In this document: positions 51,542 through 61,869 of the stretch, piece after piece | Position numbering within the stretch: the stretch's first letter is position 1 | Layout: the number at the start of each line of letters is the position of its first letter | IMG/VR virus record: IMGVR_UViG_3300028577_000006 | Length of the DNA: 64,000 bases | Strand: one strand, 5' to 3' | Origin: a virus | Lineage: Duplodnaviria; Heunggongvirae; Uroviricota; Caudoviricetes | Notes under the pieces: model-generated | What the model saw: only the letters and a program-made list of their open reading frames with translations | The model's database searches: none | What the model was told of the DNA's origin: nothing | Program-made: the position numbers and the translations under genes

Positions 51542-53866
51542 TCAGCCGTCGATCCCGTCCTTGAGGACGCGCAAGTCGCCACCGCACATGATCGCGAGGA
51601 AGCCTTCGCTCCCGTCGTCCTGCGGCTTCGGCGAGTAGATGGCGAGCATCTTCCCGTCCGGAGCGCACAGCAACCAGCAGTCGCGCGCGGACTGCTTGGC
51701 ATCAACCTCTTCCCATTCGCCGTTGTTGCGACGAAGGTCTGCACCCTGGAACTTGCCGAGGCGTGTCCACGCCTTCGGATACGCGCGCGGCGAGCGCATG
51801 GTTCCGTTCTCTCGAATCGTAGCCGGATCTGCGAAGGCTGCGTTCTCGTAGAACATCGTGCCCTTGCCGTGCTCGTACTGCACCTTCTCGCTCTTGCCGT
51901 GAAGATGCTTGTAGTCGATGTCGTTGCCGTCCTTGTACCACTTGTCTGTCTTGTAGCTGACGGCGGACGCGTCGCCGATGCAGACCAGACGCGCTGGCGG
52001 CTCGTGATCAACGTCAACCACGTCGAGTGGGGCCTTCGCGTGGAACAGCTCGTACTTGTCCATCGCGGCGTCGACATCGCCGCCGCGTCGACCGCTGAAT
52101 CGATCTGGATCGACTGGGCGGCCGAAGAACCGGCCCATCACGCCAGGGCCTTGACGATGCTCTGGCATTGACTCGGTACCGTTGCGGCGCGCTGACCGGC
52201 TCGTACGCTTGGCACCCGGATGACCAGAAGTACGCTTCTGGCGGCTGTTGCGCTTCGGATTCCGCACCTGGAGACGGTCGCCATCCGATGCATCTCGACC
52301 TTCAACGCGACGCATCGCCTCGGCCTGCTGAGGACTCGCATCCTCGCCCACCGTGATATTCGCTCGCATCGATGCGCGCAGATCGGAAAGCGGATCGCCC
52401 ACATTCTCCTCCATCTTCTTCTTCGAACGACTCGTTCGCTTGGGCCTTGACTCTTCGGGGCCCACTGGCGCGACGCGGCTCAACTCGGTCTCTTGCTGAC
52501 CTCGGAACTCGCCGTGCTTCTTGATTGTAGCCTTGACCCTGACCTTCTTGCCAGCTGCTTCGTGCACGGTGAAGTCGAATGGCCACGAAGAGCCGAACCA
52601 CTTGAAGGCGTACCCCTTCTCCGGGCCGTCAACGCCACGGAACGTGCACAGGTACGAAGTCCCGTACGTCGTCTGAAGAGGGCGCGCGTCGATGAAGTCC
52701 AGATTCAGCGTGATGCGCTCGTTCAACGCGCCGTAGTGGCCCGCGACGCGGCTACCATCTTCGGCTCCAGCAAGGCGCGCCATCGAACGCTGGTACGCTC
52801 CCGGGATCGATGCGACTACGCCTGCGCTACGCGCCGTGACCACGCCGGAGATGAGAGCGGTACGGCAGTTGTAGCCGTAGTCGGTCAGCTTCGACGGATC
52901 GGAATCGGCAAACTCCTTCATCGCCCAGTCGACGATTTTTTTCGCGGTAGCCCTATCTTCCGACGTCGGCTGGTTCTGCTTGGCAATCTCGTGAGCAGTC
53001 GTGCCGCGCGGGAAGCAGAGATCCCAGATCTGATCTGCTGTCGCCGTACCCACGCGCCCCTGCTCGTACGCCTGCGTGCGCGAGATCCATCCGTGCTTCG
53101 CCACGACGTGGACAGTGAGTGCGATGAACTCTTCGATGTCGACCGCAAGCGCCATGCGAGCGCCGCCGCCCTCGCCCCACTCTTCCATGCCGCGCGCAAC
53201 GTCGAAGATTGCGAAGAGCGTCTCGGCCTGGTTTGCCATCGAGAGCGGATCACCATGGCCGCCGAGGAAGTCGAGCAAACACGTACGACCGACGACCGAG
53301 TGCCGGCCGTCGTCATGCACGAGCACGAAGACGGTCGATCGATCCCGCTTCGTCATGCAGTGATCGCAGCGCGTGGGGTCAACGGTGCGATACTCGGTCG
53401 GCAACGTCTCGCCCGGCACAACGCGCAGCCACGGGCCGCCACCACTGTCGGACTCTTCGCCGTAGTCGATGCATGCGATCAGGCGCCAACCACGAAGACG
53501 TGGCTCGGCACCGGCCACCAGTACCGGCGTCACTTCGCCACGCAGTGTCTTCGTGCGCTCGACATACTCTCTGCCGCCGTGCGCGCTCTCGACCGCGCTC
53601 ACCGTCGTGGACGGGATCGTCGTGTAGTACGACGTGCCCTTCTCCAAGATCAGCGGCCTCATATTGAGGCGACGTGTGCGCTTCTGGAGACGATCGATCT
53701 CTCGCTCCAACAGCGGGAGCTTCTGCTGCGGGATCCAGAACAAACCGACTCTGTAGCCGTCCGCTTCGAGCGTAGCTTTGCGCGCGGTCAGACCGGAGTC
53801 AGCGCGCTTCTCCATGCCGGAACCACTCTCCGAGTTCGGACGGAGCTTCGAGGACACGTACGTCAC
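51542..53866 (-). CDS. large two-domain hypothetical protein (774 aa) with internal KRTSR-rich basic linker
   Basis: central RPKRTSRSKKK...RNPKRNSRQKRTSGHPGAKRTSRSARRNG between two globular-looking halves. Confidence 0.55.
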   Translation of the reverse strand: MTYVSSKLRPNSESGSGMEKRADSGLTARKATLEADGYRVGLFWIPQQKLPLLEREIDRLQKRTRRLNMRPLILEKGTSYYTTIPSTTVSAVESAHGGREYVERTKTLRGEVTPVLVAGAEPRLRGWRLIACIDYGEESDSGGGPWLRVVPGETLPTEYRTVDPTRCDHCMTKRDRSTVFVLVHDDGRHSVVGRTCLLDFLGGHGDPLSMANQAETLFAIFDVARGMEEWGEGGGARMALAVDIEEFIALTVHVVAKHGWISRTQAYEQGRVGTATADQIWDLCFPRGTTAHEIAKQNQPTSEDRATAKKIVDWAMKEFADSDPSKLTDYGYNCRTALISGVVTARSAGVVASIPGAYQRSMARLAGAEDGSRVAGHYGALNERITLNLDFIDARPLQTTYGTSYLCTFRGVDGPEKGYAFKWFGSSWPFDFTVHEAAGKKVRVKATIKKHGEFRGQQETELSRVAPVGPEESRPKRTSRSKKKMEENVGDPLSDLRASMRANITVGEDASPQQAEAMRRVEGRDASDGDRLQVRNPKRNSRQKRTSGHPGAKRTSRSARRNGTESMPEHRQGPGVMGRFFGRPVDPDRFSGRRGGDVDAAMDKYELFHAKAPLDVVDVDHEPPARLVCIGDASAVSYKTDKWYKDGNDIDYKHLHGKSEKVQYEHGKGTMFYENAAFADPATIRENGTMRSPRAYPKAWTRLGKFQGADLRRNNGEWEEVDAKQSARDCWLLCAPDGKMLAIYSPKPQDDGSEGFLAIMCGGDLRVLKDGIDG

Positions 53867-54195
53867 TCGTGGTCCTGCGTCAGGAAAAAGACGACCGCGC
53901 CGCCTGCAAGCGCCGCAAGCACGTACTTGAATGTGTTGCTGTCCGTAGCGTCGTCGAGGCCGAGCGGAAGACCGCCGACGCGGCGGATCTCGCCATGGGC
54001 CATTTGGTCGTAGCCCATGAACTTCGTACCGCCGGGCAGAGTCTTGATCTGCGTGTCGGGGTCAGCGCCGATCGGACCGACGCCCGTGGGCTTCGGCGGC
54101 TTCGGATCATCGCCGACGGACACGGGGGTGCTGTCCGCGTAGATCTTGTACGCGTTCTTGTCCCAGTCCCATACGCTGTAGAGAGCCACCTTCAA
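53863..54195 (-). CDS. small membrane protein
   Basis: C-terminal TM LAALAGGAVVFFL. Confidence 0.4.
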   Translation of the reverse strand: MKVALYSVWDWDKNAYKIYADSTPVSVGDDPKPPKPTGVGPIGADPDTQIKTLPGGTKFMGYDQMAHGEIRRVGGLPLGLDDATDSNTFKYVLAALAGGAVVFFLTQDHE

Positions 54196-54218
54196 TCTCC
54201 GTCCGTGCCTTCTGTGGT

Positions 54219-54506
54219 TTACCAGATACGACTCAGATAATCATGGACTTCGTCGCGCTCTGGCACAGAAAGATGATGACCCAAGTATGCACCTTCCAGG
54301 TGCGCTATCGCTCGGCGATAGAAGGTGGAGCTATCGTCGAACTGGCCAACTTCGCGTAGGTACGAACGGCGGTCAGCAACATCCGGAAGCAGTCGAACGA
54401 GCACAGAACCTGGCTTCTTTGTATTGCGGCGGCTTCTGCGTTTACGGCGACTCGTACGCTTTGGGCGACGGCTATTCCTCTTCGACTTCCTGCTCGTACG
54501 CTTCAT
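54219..54506 (-). CDS. hypothetical protein with RTSRR N-terminal tail
   Basis: MKRTSRKSKRNSRRPKRTSRRKRRSRRN. Confidence 0.45.
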   Translation of the reverse strand: MKRTSRKSKRNSRRPKRTSRRKRRSRRNTKKPGSVLVRLLPDVADRRSYLREVGQFDDSSTFYRRAIAHLEGAYLGHHLSVPERDEVHDYLSRIW

Positions 54507-55366
54507 CGCGCTCTCCTGCTCGTTCGGTTCTTGCGGCGACTGGTGCGCTTGCGCCCGTTCGCGTGCGTGTACTTCCCGGGGACCTCAGCTGCGACCTTCG
54601 AGATGAAGTCGGCGACGTACTTCGCCATCGCCTCTGGCGACCCGCTCTTGCCGCGCAGCTTCGAGAGCGCAGGCGGAGCACCATACAGAGAGATCCTCGT
54701 CTCGACCTTCACCTTGCCGCCCGGCGGAGGCTCGCCAAGCGCATCGGCGAAACCGTATACCGTGATGAGCATGCGGTTGTTCGAGCCTTCGGCGCCGCCG
54801 CCGCGCTTCTCGCGCACGCGCTCGACCGGCAGGTTGATGAAGTCGACGAAGACCTGCGAGTGACTGCCCATCATGCCGGAATGGCACGAGAGCGCCTTAC
54901 CGTGCGTGTCGACCATGGACTTCACCGCTTCGCAGAACTGCGCGGCGTCCATGCTGCCGACGTTCGCCATCAGGCGCGCGCGGTCTTTCGGCTCCAGCGT
55001 CAGGTACGAGTTGCCCTTCGCGTCGAGCACGTAGGCGCTCTTCAGGCTGCGGTCGCCCATCCACTGCGCCATCGTAGACGAGCGCATGTCAGACAGCGGG
55101 CCAGTGCCGAGCGGGACCTTGCGGCCCGAGCCATCGATGCCGACGCCGCGGTACAACGGCGGTGGGTTGCGTCTCGACCGGCCGCGATTGCGCGCCATCG
55201 TCTTGCCGAACACGCGGCTCCACGAGACTGGGTTTTTTCCATGTGCCCAGGCCGCGTGTGCGCCAGGTGTCGAGCGAGCCCCGAGGCCCGCGTCAGCGGC
55301 CCACTGATCGAACGTCAGGCCTTCACGGTTGCGCGAAGCGAAGTTCTTGCGACTGCGACGACGCAT
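54503..55366 (-). CDS. hypothetical protein with basic N- and C-terminal RTSRR tails
   Basis: MRRRSRKNFASRNR ... GRKRTSRRKNRTSRRAR. Confidence 0.5.
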   Translation of the reverse strand: MRRRSRKNFASRNREGLTFDQWAADAGLGARSTPGAHAAWAHGKNPVSWSRVFGKTMARNRGRSRRNPPPLYRGVGIDGSGRKVPLGTGPLSDMRSSTMAQWMGDRSLKSAYVLDAKGNSYLTLEPKDRARLMANVGSMDAAQFCEAVKSMVDTHGKALSCHSGMMGSHSQVFVDFINLPVERVREKRGGGAEGSNNRMLITVYGFADALGEPPPGGKVKVETRISLYGAPPALSKLRGKSGSPEAMAKYVADFISKVAAEVPGKYTHANGRKRTSRRKNRTSRRAR

Positions 55367-55369
55367 GGC

Positions 55370-56596
55370 TCAGTTCGCCGCCTTTCGATGGGCGCGGTGA
55401 TGAGCGATGCCCCTGCGCTTCGACGACTGCGTCGCGAGCCAGGTGGACTGCATCCCGTACTTCTTCCACACCGCTGGGTAGTGCCTCAGGATGAACGTTC
55501 GGATCGCCATGTAGTCGCTCGCGTTGCGCACGCGGCCCATCTTCATGTACGAGATCGCATCGCGAGCGCCCTTCGCGCTCTCGATCGGCCAAGCGCGGTC
55601 CTTCGGGAAGACGAACTTCGAGTTGGGAAGCTTCGATCGACGCTTGCCGGAGAGACGCGGATTGCGTGCGATGCCGTTATGACGGGCAAGGCCGCGACGC
55701 GCACGGCTCCGGACCGGACCGCCCTTCGAGACCCAGACTCGATTTGACGACTTGAACCATCGCTCCAAACCATGGTCGACCATGACCGAGTCGCCGTTGC
55801 CGTTCTTCTTCTTGAACTCCTGCCAACCGAACACGCCATCGCGCTGCCAAAAGCGACTTCCAACCCCAACCGATCCAAAGCCGGTCTCTTTCCACGGCGC
55901 ACCGCGCTGCCAATCCGGCGGCGGGTTTCTCCGACTGGCGCGCTTGCGCGAACTGCGTCGAGCACGGCGCGCACGACGTGACGTGCGCTTGCGCGACGAG
56001 CGCTTGCTCTTCCGGCTCGTGCGCTTGGCGCGGCTGCGACCGTTGCGCGCCGGGCCCGGCGACTTGATGTAGAACGTCTGGTTCGGGCGGCTCGACCGAC
56101 GACGACGGTTCTTCGAGATGGGCGGGATCGGGATGTAGAACGTCTGGTTCGCGCGCGAGCGGCGGCGCGCGCGATTCGCCACGACCTTCACGACCTTCTC
56201 CTTCAGGTCGCGATCGACCTCGGTCACCTTCACTGGGCTACGGCCCTTGTGGAGATCTTGATGATGCTTCGCCACACGCATCGCCACAGCCTTGCCGAAC
56301 GGCCCGCGCACGACGCCACCCGCATGCACGTAGAAGCGCTGAGCGCTGCCCGCGCGAATCTGCTGCGTCCAGTAGTCCTCCGGGTTGCGGCGACTGCTCC
56401 GACGCGGCCGGCCGCGCGAGTCGTACGACCCAGGGTGCGACATGCCGTAGTCGTAGTTCGTGTTCCGGCGTGACGTGCGCTTCGAACGCGACCGGCGCTT
56501 GCCCTTCAAGCCTCGCGATGCGCGACGGCTGTAGCCGTTCTTCCTCGACGTCCTCTTGCGTGAGTGACGCTTCTTCCTGCTGGTTCGCTTCGCCAT
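55370..56596 (-). CDS. hypothetical protein with long RTSRK-rich N-terminal region
   Basis: MAKRTSRKKRHSRKRTSRKNGYSRRASRGLKGKRRSRSKRTSRRN. Confidence 0.5.
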   Translation of the reverse strand: MAKRTSRKKRHSRKRTSRKNGYSRRASRGLKGKRRSRSKRTSRRNTNYDYGMSHPGSYDSRGRPRRSSRRNPEDYWTQQIRAGSAQRFYVHAGGVVRGPFGKAVAMRVAKHHQDLHKGRSPVKVTEVDRDLKEKVVKVVANRARRRSRANQTFYIPIPPISKNRRRRSSRPNQTFYIKSPGPARNGRSRAKRTSRKSKRSSRKRTSRRARRARRSSRKRASRRNPPPDWQRGAPWKETGFGSVGVGSRFWQRDGVFGWQEFKKKNGNGDSVMVDHGLERWFKSSNRVWVSKGGPVRSRARRGLARHNGIARNPRLSGKRRSKLPNSKFVFPKDRAWPIESAKGARDAISYMKMGRVRNASDYMAIRTFILRHYPAVWKKYGMQSTWLATQSSKRRGIAHHRAHRKAAN

Positions 56597-56607
56597 GATG
56601 ATCTCCT

Positions 56608-58240
56608 TCAGCGCTTGGAGCGCGAACGACGCTTGCCCTTGAGACCGCGCGACGCCTTGCGACGCCAGCCGTTCTTGCGTGACCGGCGATTCGCCGTCGA
56701 CTTTGCTGCGGACTTCGAGGCCGCCGTCTTCGGCTTCCTCGTCACCATGTAGATGATGCCGCCGACGGTGACGACGCCAACCGCCGCCATCACCGGCCAG
56801 TACCAGCTGGTGGTCGTGTCGGTGTACGCCGTGGCGGGCACGGCCGCGGTCGTTGCTGCCGGGGTCGTCGCTGCCGACTGGCCCTGCGTGCCCGCGATGA
56901 TGCTTCCGGCAACACTGCCCGCGGTCGTGAGCGCGGTACCCCAGTCCTGCGCCGTGTGATCAGGCTGCGATACCGTCTTGGTCACCTGACCAAGCCCGAT
57001 GCGAGCGTCGCGCCTGCCAGCGAAGTAGCTTCCTGGATTCGACGCGATCAGAGCCCGCAGCGCCGCAGGGCTCATTCCCGGATCTGCGCCCATGCCGACC
57101 ATCCGGCCAGCGAAGTAGCTGCTCGGGTGCTTCGCGATGATCGAGCGGAGACGTGAGGCGTCGATGCTTGGTGCTGCGCCGAGGCCTGCCATCGTTCCCC
57201 TGCCGGCGAAGTAGCTGCCCGGGTGCTTCGCGATGTGCGCACGCAGCGCTTCAGCGCTCATGCCGCTCAGGCCTGCCATCGTTCCCCTGCCGGCGAAGTA
57301 GCTGCCCGGGTGCTTCGCGATGTGAGCGCGGAGCGCTTCAGCGCTCATGCCAGAACCTGTCGGTGCCCTGTAACTCATAGCGTTCTCCCTGCCGAGACCC
57401 GTGTACCCACCGAGACCAACAACGGCGGCCTTCGGAATCGTGACGCTCTGCGCCGCCGCGCGGATTGCCGCCGCTTGACGCTGCGCCGCCAAGGCCACGT
57501 TGTCCGTTGCTGCGCCGGTTGCATCAACGAAACTGCCAGCGTTCCGAAGCGCCGTGCCCCATGGCGTGATCCCCAACGACGTGAGACCGTAGTTCCGCAC
57601 CGTGTCACGCTGAAGCGGAATCGGGACGCCCTCTGGACGGGGCGCCGTGAGACCGTAGTTCCGCACCGTGTCACGCTGAAGCGGGATCGGAAGGCCCTCG
57701 GGACGGGGCGCCATGAGGCCGACGAGCGTGTCGCGCACAATGCGCTCCTGCGTCCTGCCGGCGGCTCGGCCCCTGCGCTCCGGCTCGTCATCCGGTCGGC
57801 ACTGATAGACACTGACGGTCGTGTAGGCGCCCGCGCCTGCGCCGCCGGTCACGGTGACGTTGCCACGCGTGTACGCGTCCGTGGAAGTGCTCGTTGGTGA
57901 GCGAACTTCGGTGCTGGTCGACGTCGATGTCGGGCTTCGGACCTCGGTGCTGGTCGACGTCGATGTCGGGCTTCGGACCTCGGTGCGCGTCGGGCTGCTG
58001 TCGTTCGAGTTGCCGCGCGTCGGGCTGCTGTCGTTCGAGTTGCCGCGCGTTGGGACGAGCGGCAGCACGGCTGGCACTGCACGCACGGTCGGCACCGCCG
58101 GAACTGCTGGCACGGCCGGTACCGCCGGAACCTGGCCGAGCCCCAGCATTCCGAAGAACCGACGGACGGCATCGCCGCGCTGCGGTTGACGCACGATGAC
58201 AGTTCGCGCTGGACGCTGGATCGGTGCCCTGTAGCTCATG
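56608..58240 (-). CDS. repeat-rich protein (544 aa; MSYRAP N-terminus, four ~27-aa MSAEALRAHIAKHPGSYFAGRG repeats, C-terminal TM + basic tail)
   Basis: internal ATG 58240 overlapping upstream stop (ATGA); upstream part of annotated 780-aa ORF is antisense-like Arg/Ala-rich. Confidence 0.5.
56990..57360. repeat. tandem DNA repeats (~66-81 nt units, about four copies) encoding the HIAKHPGSYFAGR repeats
   Basis: two perfect adjacent copies around 57180-57310 plus degenerate flanking copies. Confidence 0.6.
57900..58050. repeat. short tandem repeats (36-nt x2 and 33-nt x2) encoding TEVRSPTSTSTS and TRGNSNDSSP repeats
   Basis: direct repeats seen in sequence. Confidence 0.5.
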
Positions 58241-58922
58241 ACCTTCTCCCTGCCCGGCGGCGCCGGCCATTCTTCTTGCTTCGATTGCTGGTCACCGCTC
58301 GGCGACGATAGAAGTAAAACGCGACGCCACCCAGAAGCAGCGCGCCTGCGGCAACGCCGCTCGCGACCAGTACCGTCTGCATCGTCGCGGCGGCGGCGGC
58401 CGTCTGCTCTGACGGCTGCGCGCCGGTACTCGACTGCACTGCGACGCCTGCCGGCGGCGCGGGCGGCGGCGGAACCGAGCCGGTCGGGTACACGTACAGA
58501 TCTGTGCGACCCATCGGCATGTTCACGCGGAACCGTCGCATGATGATCTGCGACTGCGGACTGATGCGCAGCGCACCCTGAAGCAGCGCATCGCGCAGCT
58601 GCGTCGCGTACGAGATCGCAGGCGCATTCGCATTCGGACGCCACTTCGCGTAGACGTAGCCGCCGGTAACCCAGCGCACGTCGTCGACCGAGTTGCCGAG
58701 CGCCGTGAGCGTGTTGCGCACGTTGTCGAGCACGCTCAACGCGGCCTGTTCCGCGGTGATGTTGACCACCGAAAGCGTCGCATCGAGCCACGGCACCGTC
58801 GCCGCGAGCGGAGGCATGTACACGTACGAGCCAACGACGAATGCGTTCACGTCGCTGTTGTTGACAGACGGCACCGGGCTCGGCGTCGTGCCGGCCAGCG
58901 CGAGTGGAGCGCGGTAGCTCAT
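58236..58922 (-). CDS. hypothetical protein (MSYRAP N-terminus; C-terminal TM + RRRR tail)
   Basis: internal ATG 58922, ATGA overlap with upstream stop. Confidence 0.45.
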   Translation of the reverse strand: MSYRAPLALAGTTPSPVPSVNNSDVNAFVVGSYVYMPPLAATVPWLDATLSVVNITAEQAALSVLDNVRNTLTALGNSVDDVRWVTGGYVYAKWRPNANAPAISYATQLRDALLQGALRISPQSQIIMRRFRVNMPMGRTDLYVYPTGSVPPPPAPPAGVAVQSSTGAQPSEQTAAAAATMQTVLVASGVAAGALLLGGVAFYFYRRRAVTSNRSKKNGRRRRAGRRS

Positions 58923-59587
58923 CGTGTCCTCTGACGGCGGCGACGCGCACGGCGACGGCGTGAGCGTGGGTTGTTGAGCAACGCTGCCGGACTGAAGGCG
59001 CGCGCGGTGCGTCCTACCGACGAGATCATCCAGGCTCCGAGTCCGAGCACAACGATGCCGCCAGCTCCGACCACGCCCCATACCCACATCGGCTGGCCGA
59101 AAAGCAGCCGATCTGGATGCGTCTGATCGACGGGGGCGATTCCAGAAGCGCGCGGCTGCTGTCCGGTGATCGCCGTGTAGCGCTGTTCGAAGGCGTTGTA
59201 TCGACCGGCATCTTCGCGAGCGGTCGTGACCGGCGTGGCGCTCGACCCCGACGGCCACGCGTCGTGGTACGTCTGCCAGTGCGCGAGGAACGACGTCTTG
59301 AACGGGGCGTATTCCTGCCGCAGCTGTGCGCCAGCGCCGGAGTTCGGCACATTCGCGTTGATGTCCTGATCCAGCTGCGAGACCGCGTTCAAGATCGAGT
59401 TGTAGAACGTCGAGATGTCACCACTCGACCAGATCGTGTAGTCGGGAATCGTGAGCGCACCCATGCCCGACGTTGGCGTCTGATCGACTCCAACGGTGTC
59501 CCAACGGCGTGGACCCGACACAGGCAAGATCCGAGTCCTGCTGGTCAAGAACCCGCTGCCGTTGATCTGCGGCGCGCGGTAGCTCAT
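58919..59587 (-). CDS. hypothetical protein (MSYRAP N-terminus; C-terminal TM + RRRARRRR tail)
   Basis: ORF; ATGA overlap with upstream gene. Confidence 0.45.
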   Translation of the reverse strand: MSYRAPQINGSGFLTSRTRILPVSGPRRWDTVGVDQTPTSGMGALTIPDYTIWSSGDISTFYNSILNAVSQLDQDINANVPNSGAGAQLRQEYAPFKTSFLAHWQTYHDAWPSGSSATPVTTAREDAGRYNAFEQRYTAITGQQPRASGIAPVDQTHPDRLLFGQPMWVWGVVGAGGIVVLGLGAWMISSVGRTARAFSPAALLNNPRSRRRRARRRRQRTR

Positions 59588-60042
59588 GCCCGTCTCGCGA
59601 TCTTAGACCGTCGGTGGCGCCGAGTCGACTTCTTGCCGTTCATTCGAATCGTCTTGGCAGCGAGTCGCGACTTCACAGGCTGAGACGGAGCCATGTCGCC
59701 TGGAAGGAAGTCTGACCAGACCATCATGCCGTCGATGCCGTCGTGAACCGCAGCCTCTTGCCAGTCACGGCTCCACACGGTCGGAGCCGGCTTCCAACGC
59801 TTGTGATCGTAAGCGATGGCCACGAGCACTCCTGGAACGTGCTCGTAGCCGAAGTACGCGACGGCTTTCGCCTCTTCGCGTGTGTGATCTGCGGTCGTGC
59901 CGCGCAGCATCTGGCGGCCGGCCTTGTCGTAGAACGCGTAGCCCCAATCATCGCGCCCGAACATCGACTCGAAAAAGCCGCCGTTGCGACGCACCTTGCG
60001 GTGGCCGCGACTGGTCCTCTTCCTGCTCGTTCGCTTCGTCAT
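59584..60042 (-). CDS. hypothetical protein with RTSRK tails
   Basis: internal ATG 60042 (MTKRTSRKRTSRG). Confidence 0.4.
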   Translation of the reverse strand: MTKRTSRKRTSRGHRKVRRNGGFFESMFGRDDWGYAFYDKAGRQMLRGTTADHTREEAKAVAYFGYEHVPGVLVAIAYDHKRWKPAPTVWSRDWQEAAVHDGIDGMMVWSDFLPGDMAPSQPVKSRLAAKTIRMNGKKSTRRHRRSKIARRA

Positions 60043-60044
60043 GA

Positions 60045-60680
60045 TCAGCGCTTTCGCTTTCCGGCGAGCGTCCGTCCCCACGGACGCTTCTTCACGCCCT
60101 TCTTCCAGACGGTCTCTTCGAGCATAGACATGAAGTTCTTGCCGACGTACCCGCTGCCGGCATAACGCGCGATCTCCAGGTGATCGACCGTCATCTCCGG
60201 ATCATCCAGGTACGACTTCGCGACCTTGCGTGCCTCTGCGAGTGTCATGTGCTCGCTGACCTTCATGTCGCGCGGCGCATGCATCACGAACTCGCCGCCG
60301 TTGGTCGGGACGCCGTAGAGATTCCAAGCGTCTTCCGGATCGAGCCGCACGTAGTACGTCTGTTCGTACGAGGCGCGATGGTTCGCGCGAGAGCGACGCG
60401 GGTTCGATGCGTACGGCGTCCCCCCGTCATCGCCCTTCTCCGAGAGGAAGCGGCGCCATGCGGCGTCAGCCTTCTCGCCACTCTGCACGCGACGAAGGCT
60501 CGGCCAGTAGAGCACGCGGTCGCCCTTGCGGACCTTGCGTCCCTCGTCGTCGTGGCTGTCGTACTTCGCGGTGATCCACATCGGATCGCCGCCGTACGTC
60601 TGCCGACGAGGGCGCGGGTTCGCGCGACTCGTACGCCTGCGCGTGACGAGCGCCGACTTCTTGCTGGTCCGCTTGCTCAT
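60045..60680 (-). CDS. hypothetical protein with RTSRA N-terminal tail
   Basis: internal ATG 60680 (MSKRTSKKSALVTRRRTSRANP). Confidence 0.4.
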   Translation of the reverse strand: MSKRTSKKSALVTRRRTSRANPRPRRQTYGGDPMWITAKYDSHDDEGRKVRKGDRVLYWPSLRRVQSGEKADAAWRRFLSEKGDDGGTPYASNPRRSRANHRASYEQTYYVRLDPEDAWNLYGVPTNGGEFVMHAPRDMKVSEHMTLAEARKVAKSYLDDPEMTVDHLEIARYAGSGYVGKNFMSMLEETVWKKGVKKRPWGRTLAGKRKR

Positions 60681-60682
60681 GT

Positions 60683-61600
60683 TCAGCGCTTGTTGCGACG
60701 CTTGCCGCGATTTCTGGCCATGCGACGCGTCATGCGAGTCGACGGGCGTGCCATGGTGCGCGATGCGCGAGAGGGCGACGTGCTCACGGTGGTGGTGCGC
60801 GGAGCAGGCGTACGACGCTTCCAGATCATGTAGCCAACACCGCCGGCAATCACCACGCCTCCCGCGATGAGCGCAGGGATCAGCCACGCTGGCTGCGTCG
60901 AAGATCCTTCGTCCACGAGCACGGCCTGGCCATTCGGGTCGACACCGACCACAGCGGACGTGTCCGTAGATGCAGCGCCAGGCTTGCTACCGGTCGATGG
61001 CGACGTGCTCGTTGACCGAGCAAGCGTCGTAGACGTAGTGGTCGAGCTGGACGGGCGCGACGGGTCCGACACCGCCGGAAGCGCGGCGAGCTGCTGAGCC
61101 AGTGTCTTCGAGACAGCAACCCAGCCTGACACGCGTGCAGTCGGAGGAACGTTTGCCGCAGCCGGCAAGCCCGGACTGATGGCGTTGAGGGCCGCGAGCG
61201 TGATCGGACCAGACTGGCCGTCCACCAAGATCAACGCGCCACGACTCGCGTTCTGTGCGCGCCAGGCGTTGATCGCGCGCTGTACCCAGTGCGCATCGAT
61301 CTGCCAGTACCTGGCGTCGGAATCGGTGCGAAACGAAGCCGCGGGCATACCCAGCGGTGCTCCGCCGGTTTGACCAAGGCCAGCCATCTGGAACGTCACG
61401 GGCACGTGGCGTGCGACGCGAGCGAGACACGCGCCCTCGTCCGCCATCTGCGTGCAAGCGCGCGCCATGCCATCCCAGTACTTCTTCATCTGTGCGGGCG
61501 TCGACAGCTGGCCAAGACCAGCCGTCGCGGACGCGCGCGCGCCATCGCCGTAGCTGGGGCCCACCGTCCTGAAAGGAGTTCCTCCTGCTCGGTAGCTCAT
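60683..61600 (-). CDS. hypothetical protein (MSYRAG N-terminus; Ser/Thr-rich linker; C-terminal TM + basic tail)
   Basis: ORF; ATGA overlap. Confidence 0.45.
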   Translation of the reverse strand: MSYRAGGTPFRTVGPSYGDGARASATAGLGQLSTPAQMKKYWDGMARACTQMADEGACLARVARHVPVTFQMAGLGQTGGAPLGMPAASFRTDSDARYWQIDAHWVQRAINAWRAQNASRGALILVDGQSGPITLAALNAISPGLPAAANVPPTARVSGWVAVSKTLAQQLAALPAVSDPSRPSSSTTTSTTLARSTSTSPSTGSKPGAASTDTSAVVGVDPNGQAVLVDEGSSTQPAWLIPALIAGGVVIAGGVGYMIWKRRTPAPRTTTVSTSPSRASRTMARPSTRMTRRMARNRGKRRNKR

Positions 61601-61869
61601 CGCGAACTCCTCTTCCTGCGTGATGTGCGCTTGTTTCGCCGGCTCGTGCGCTTGCGGCCACGGTTCGCTGCGATCGCCCGCTGCTCGGCGTACAGACCAT
61701 TCGTGATGATCTTGTACGCTTCGCTCGCGGGCCGACCCGCCCGGATCAGGTTCAGCATCGTGTCGGCCACGTCGTCGCCGAAGTGCGCGAAGGCAAGCGG
61801 CGGAACGCCGTATTTGGTGGCGTACTCACTGCGCCAACGCGTGATCTTGGATGTAGCGTCCCCACTCAT
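61597..61869 (-). CDS. hypothetical protein with C-terminal RTSRR tail
   Basis: GRKRTSRRNKRTSRRKRSSR. Confidence 0.45.
   Translation of the reverse strand: MSGDATSKITRWRSEYATKYGVPPLAFAHFGDDVADTMLNLIRAGRPASEAYKIITNGLYAEQRAIAANRGRKRTSRRNKRTSRRKRSSR

Noticed and set aside
56608-58950. Annotated 780-aa ORF as a single protein
   Set aside because: Its first 236 codons overlap the 58236..58922 gene in another frame and are Arg/Ala-rich; an internal ATG at 58240 overlaps the upstream stop (ATGA) and starts with the family MSYRAP motif.
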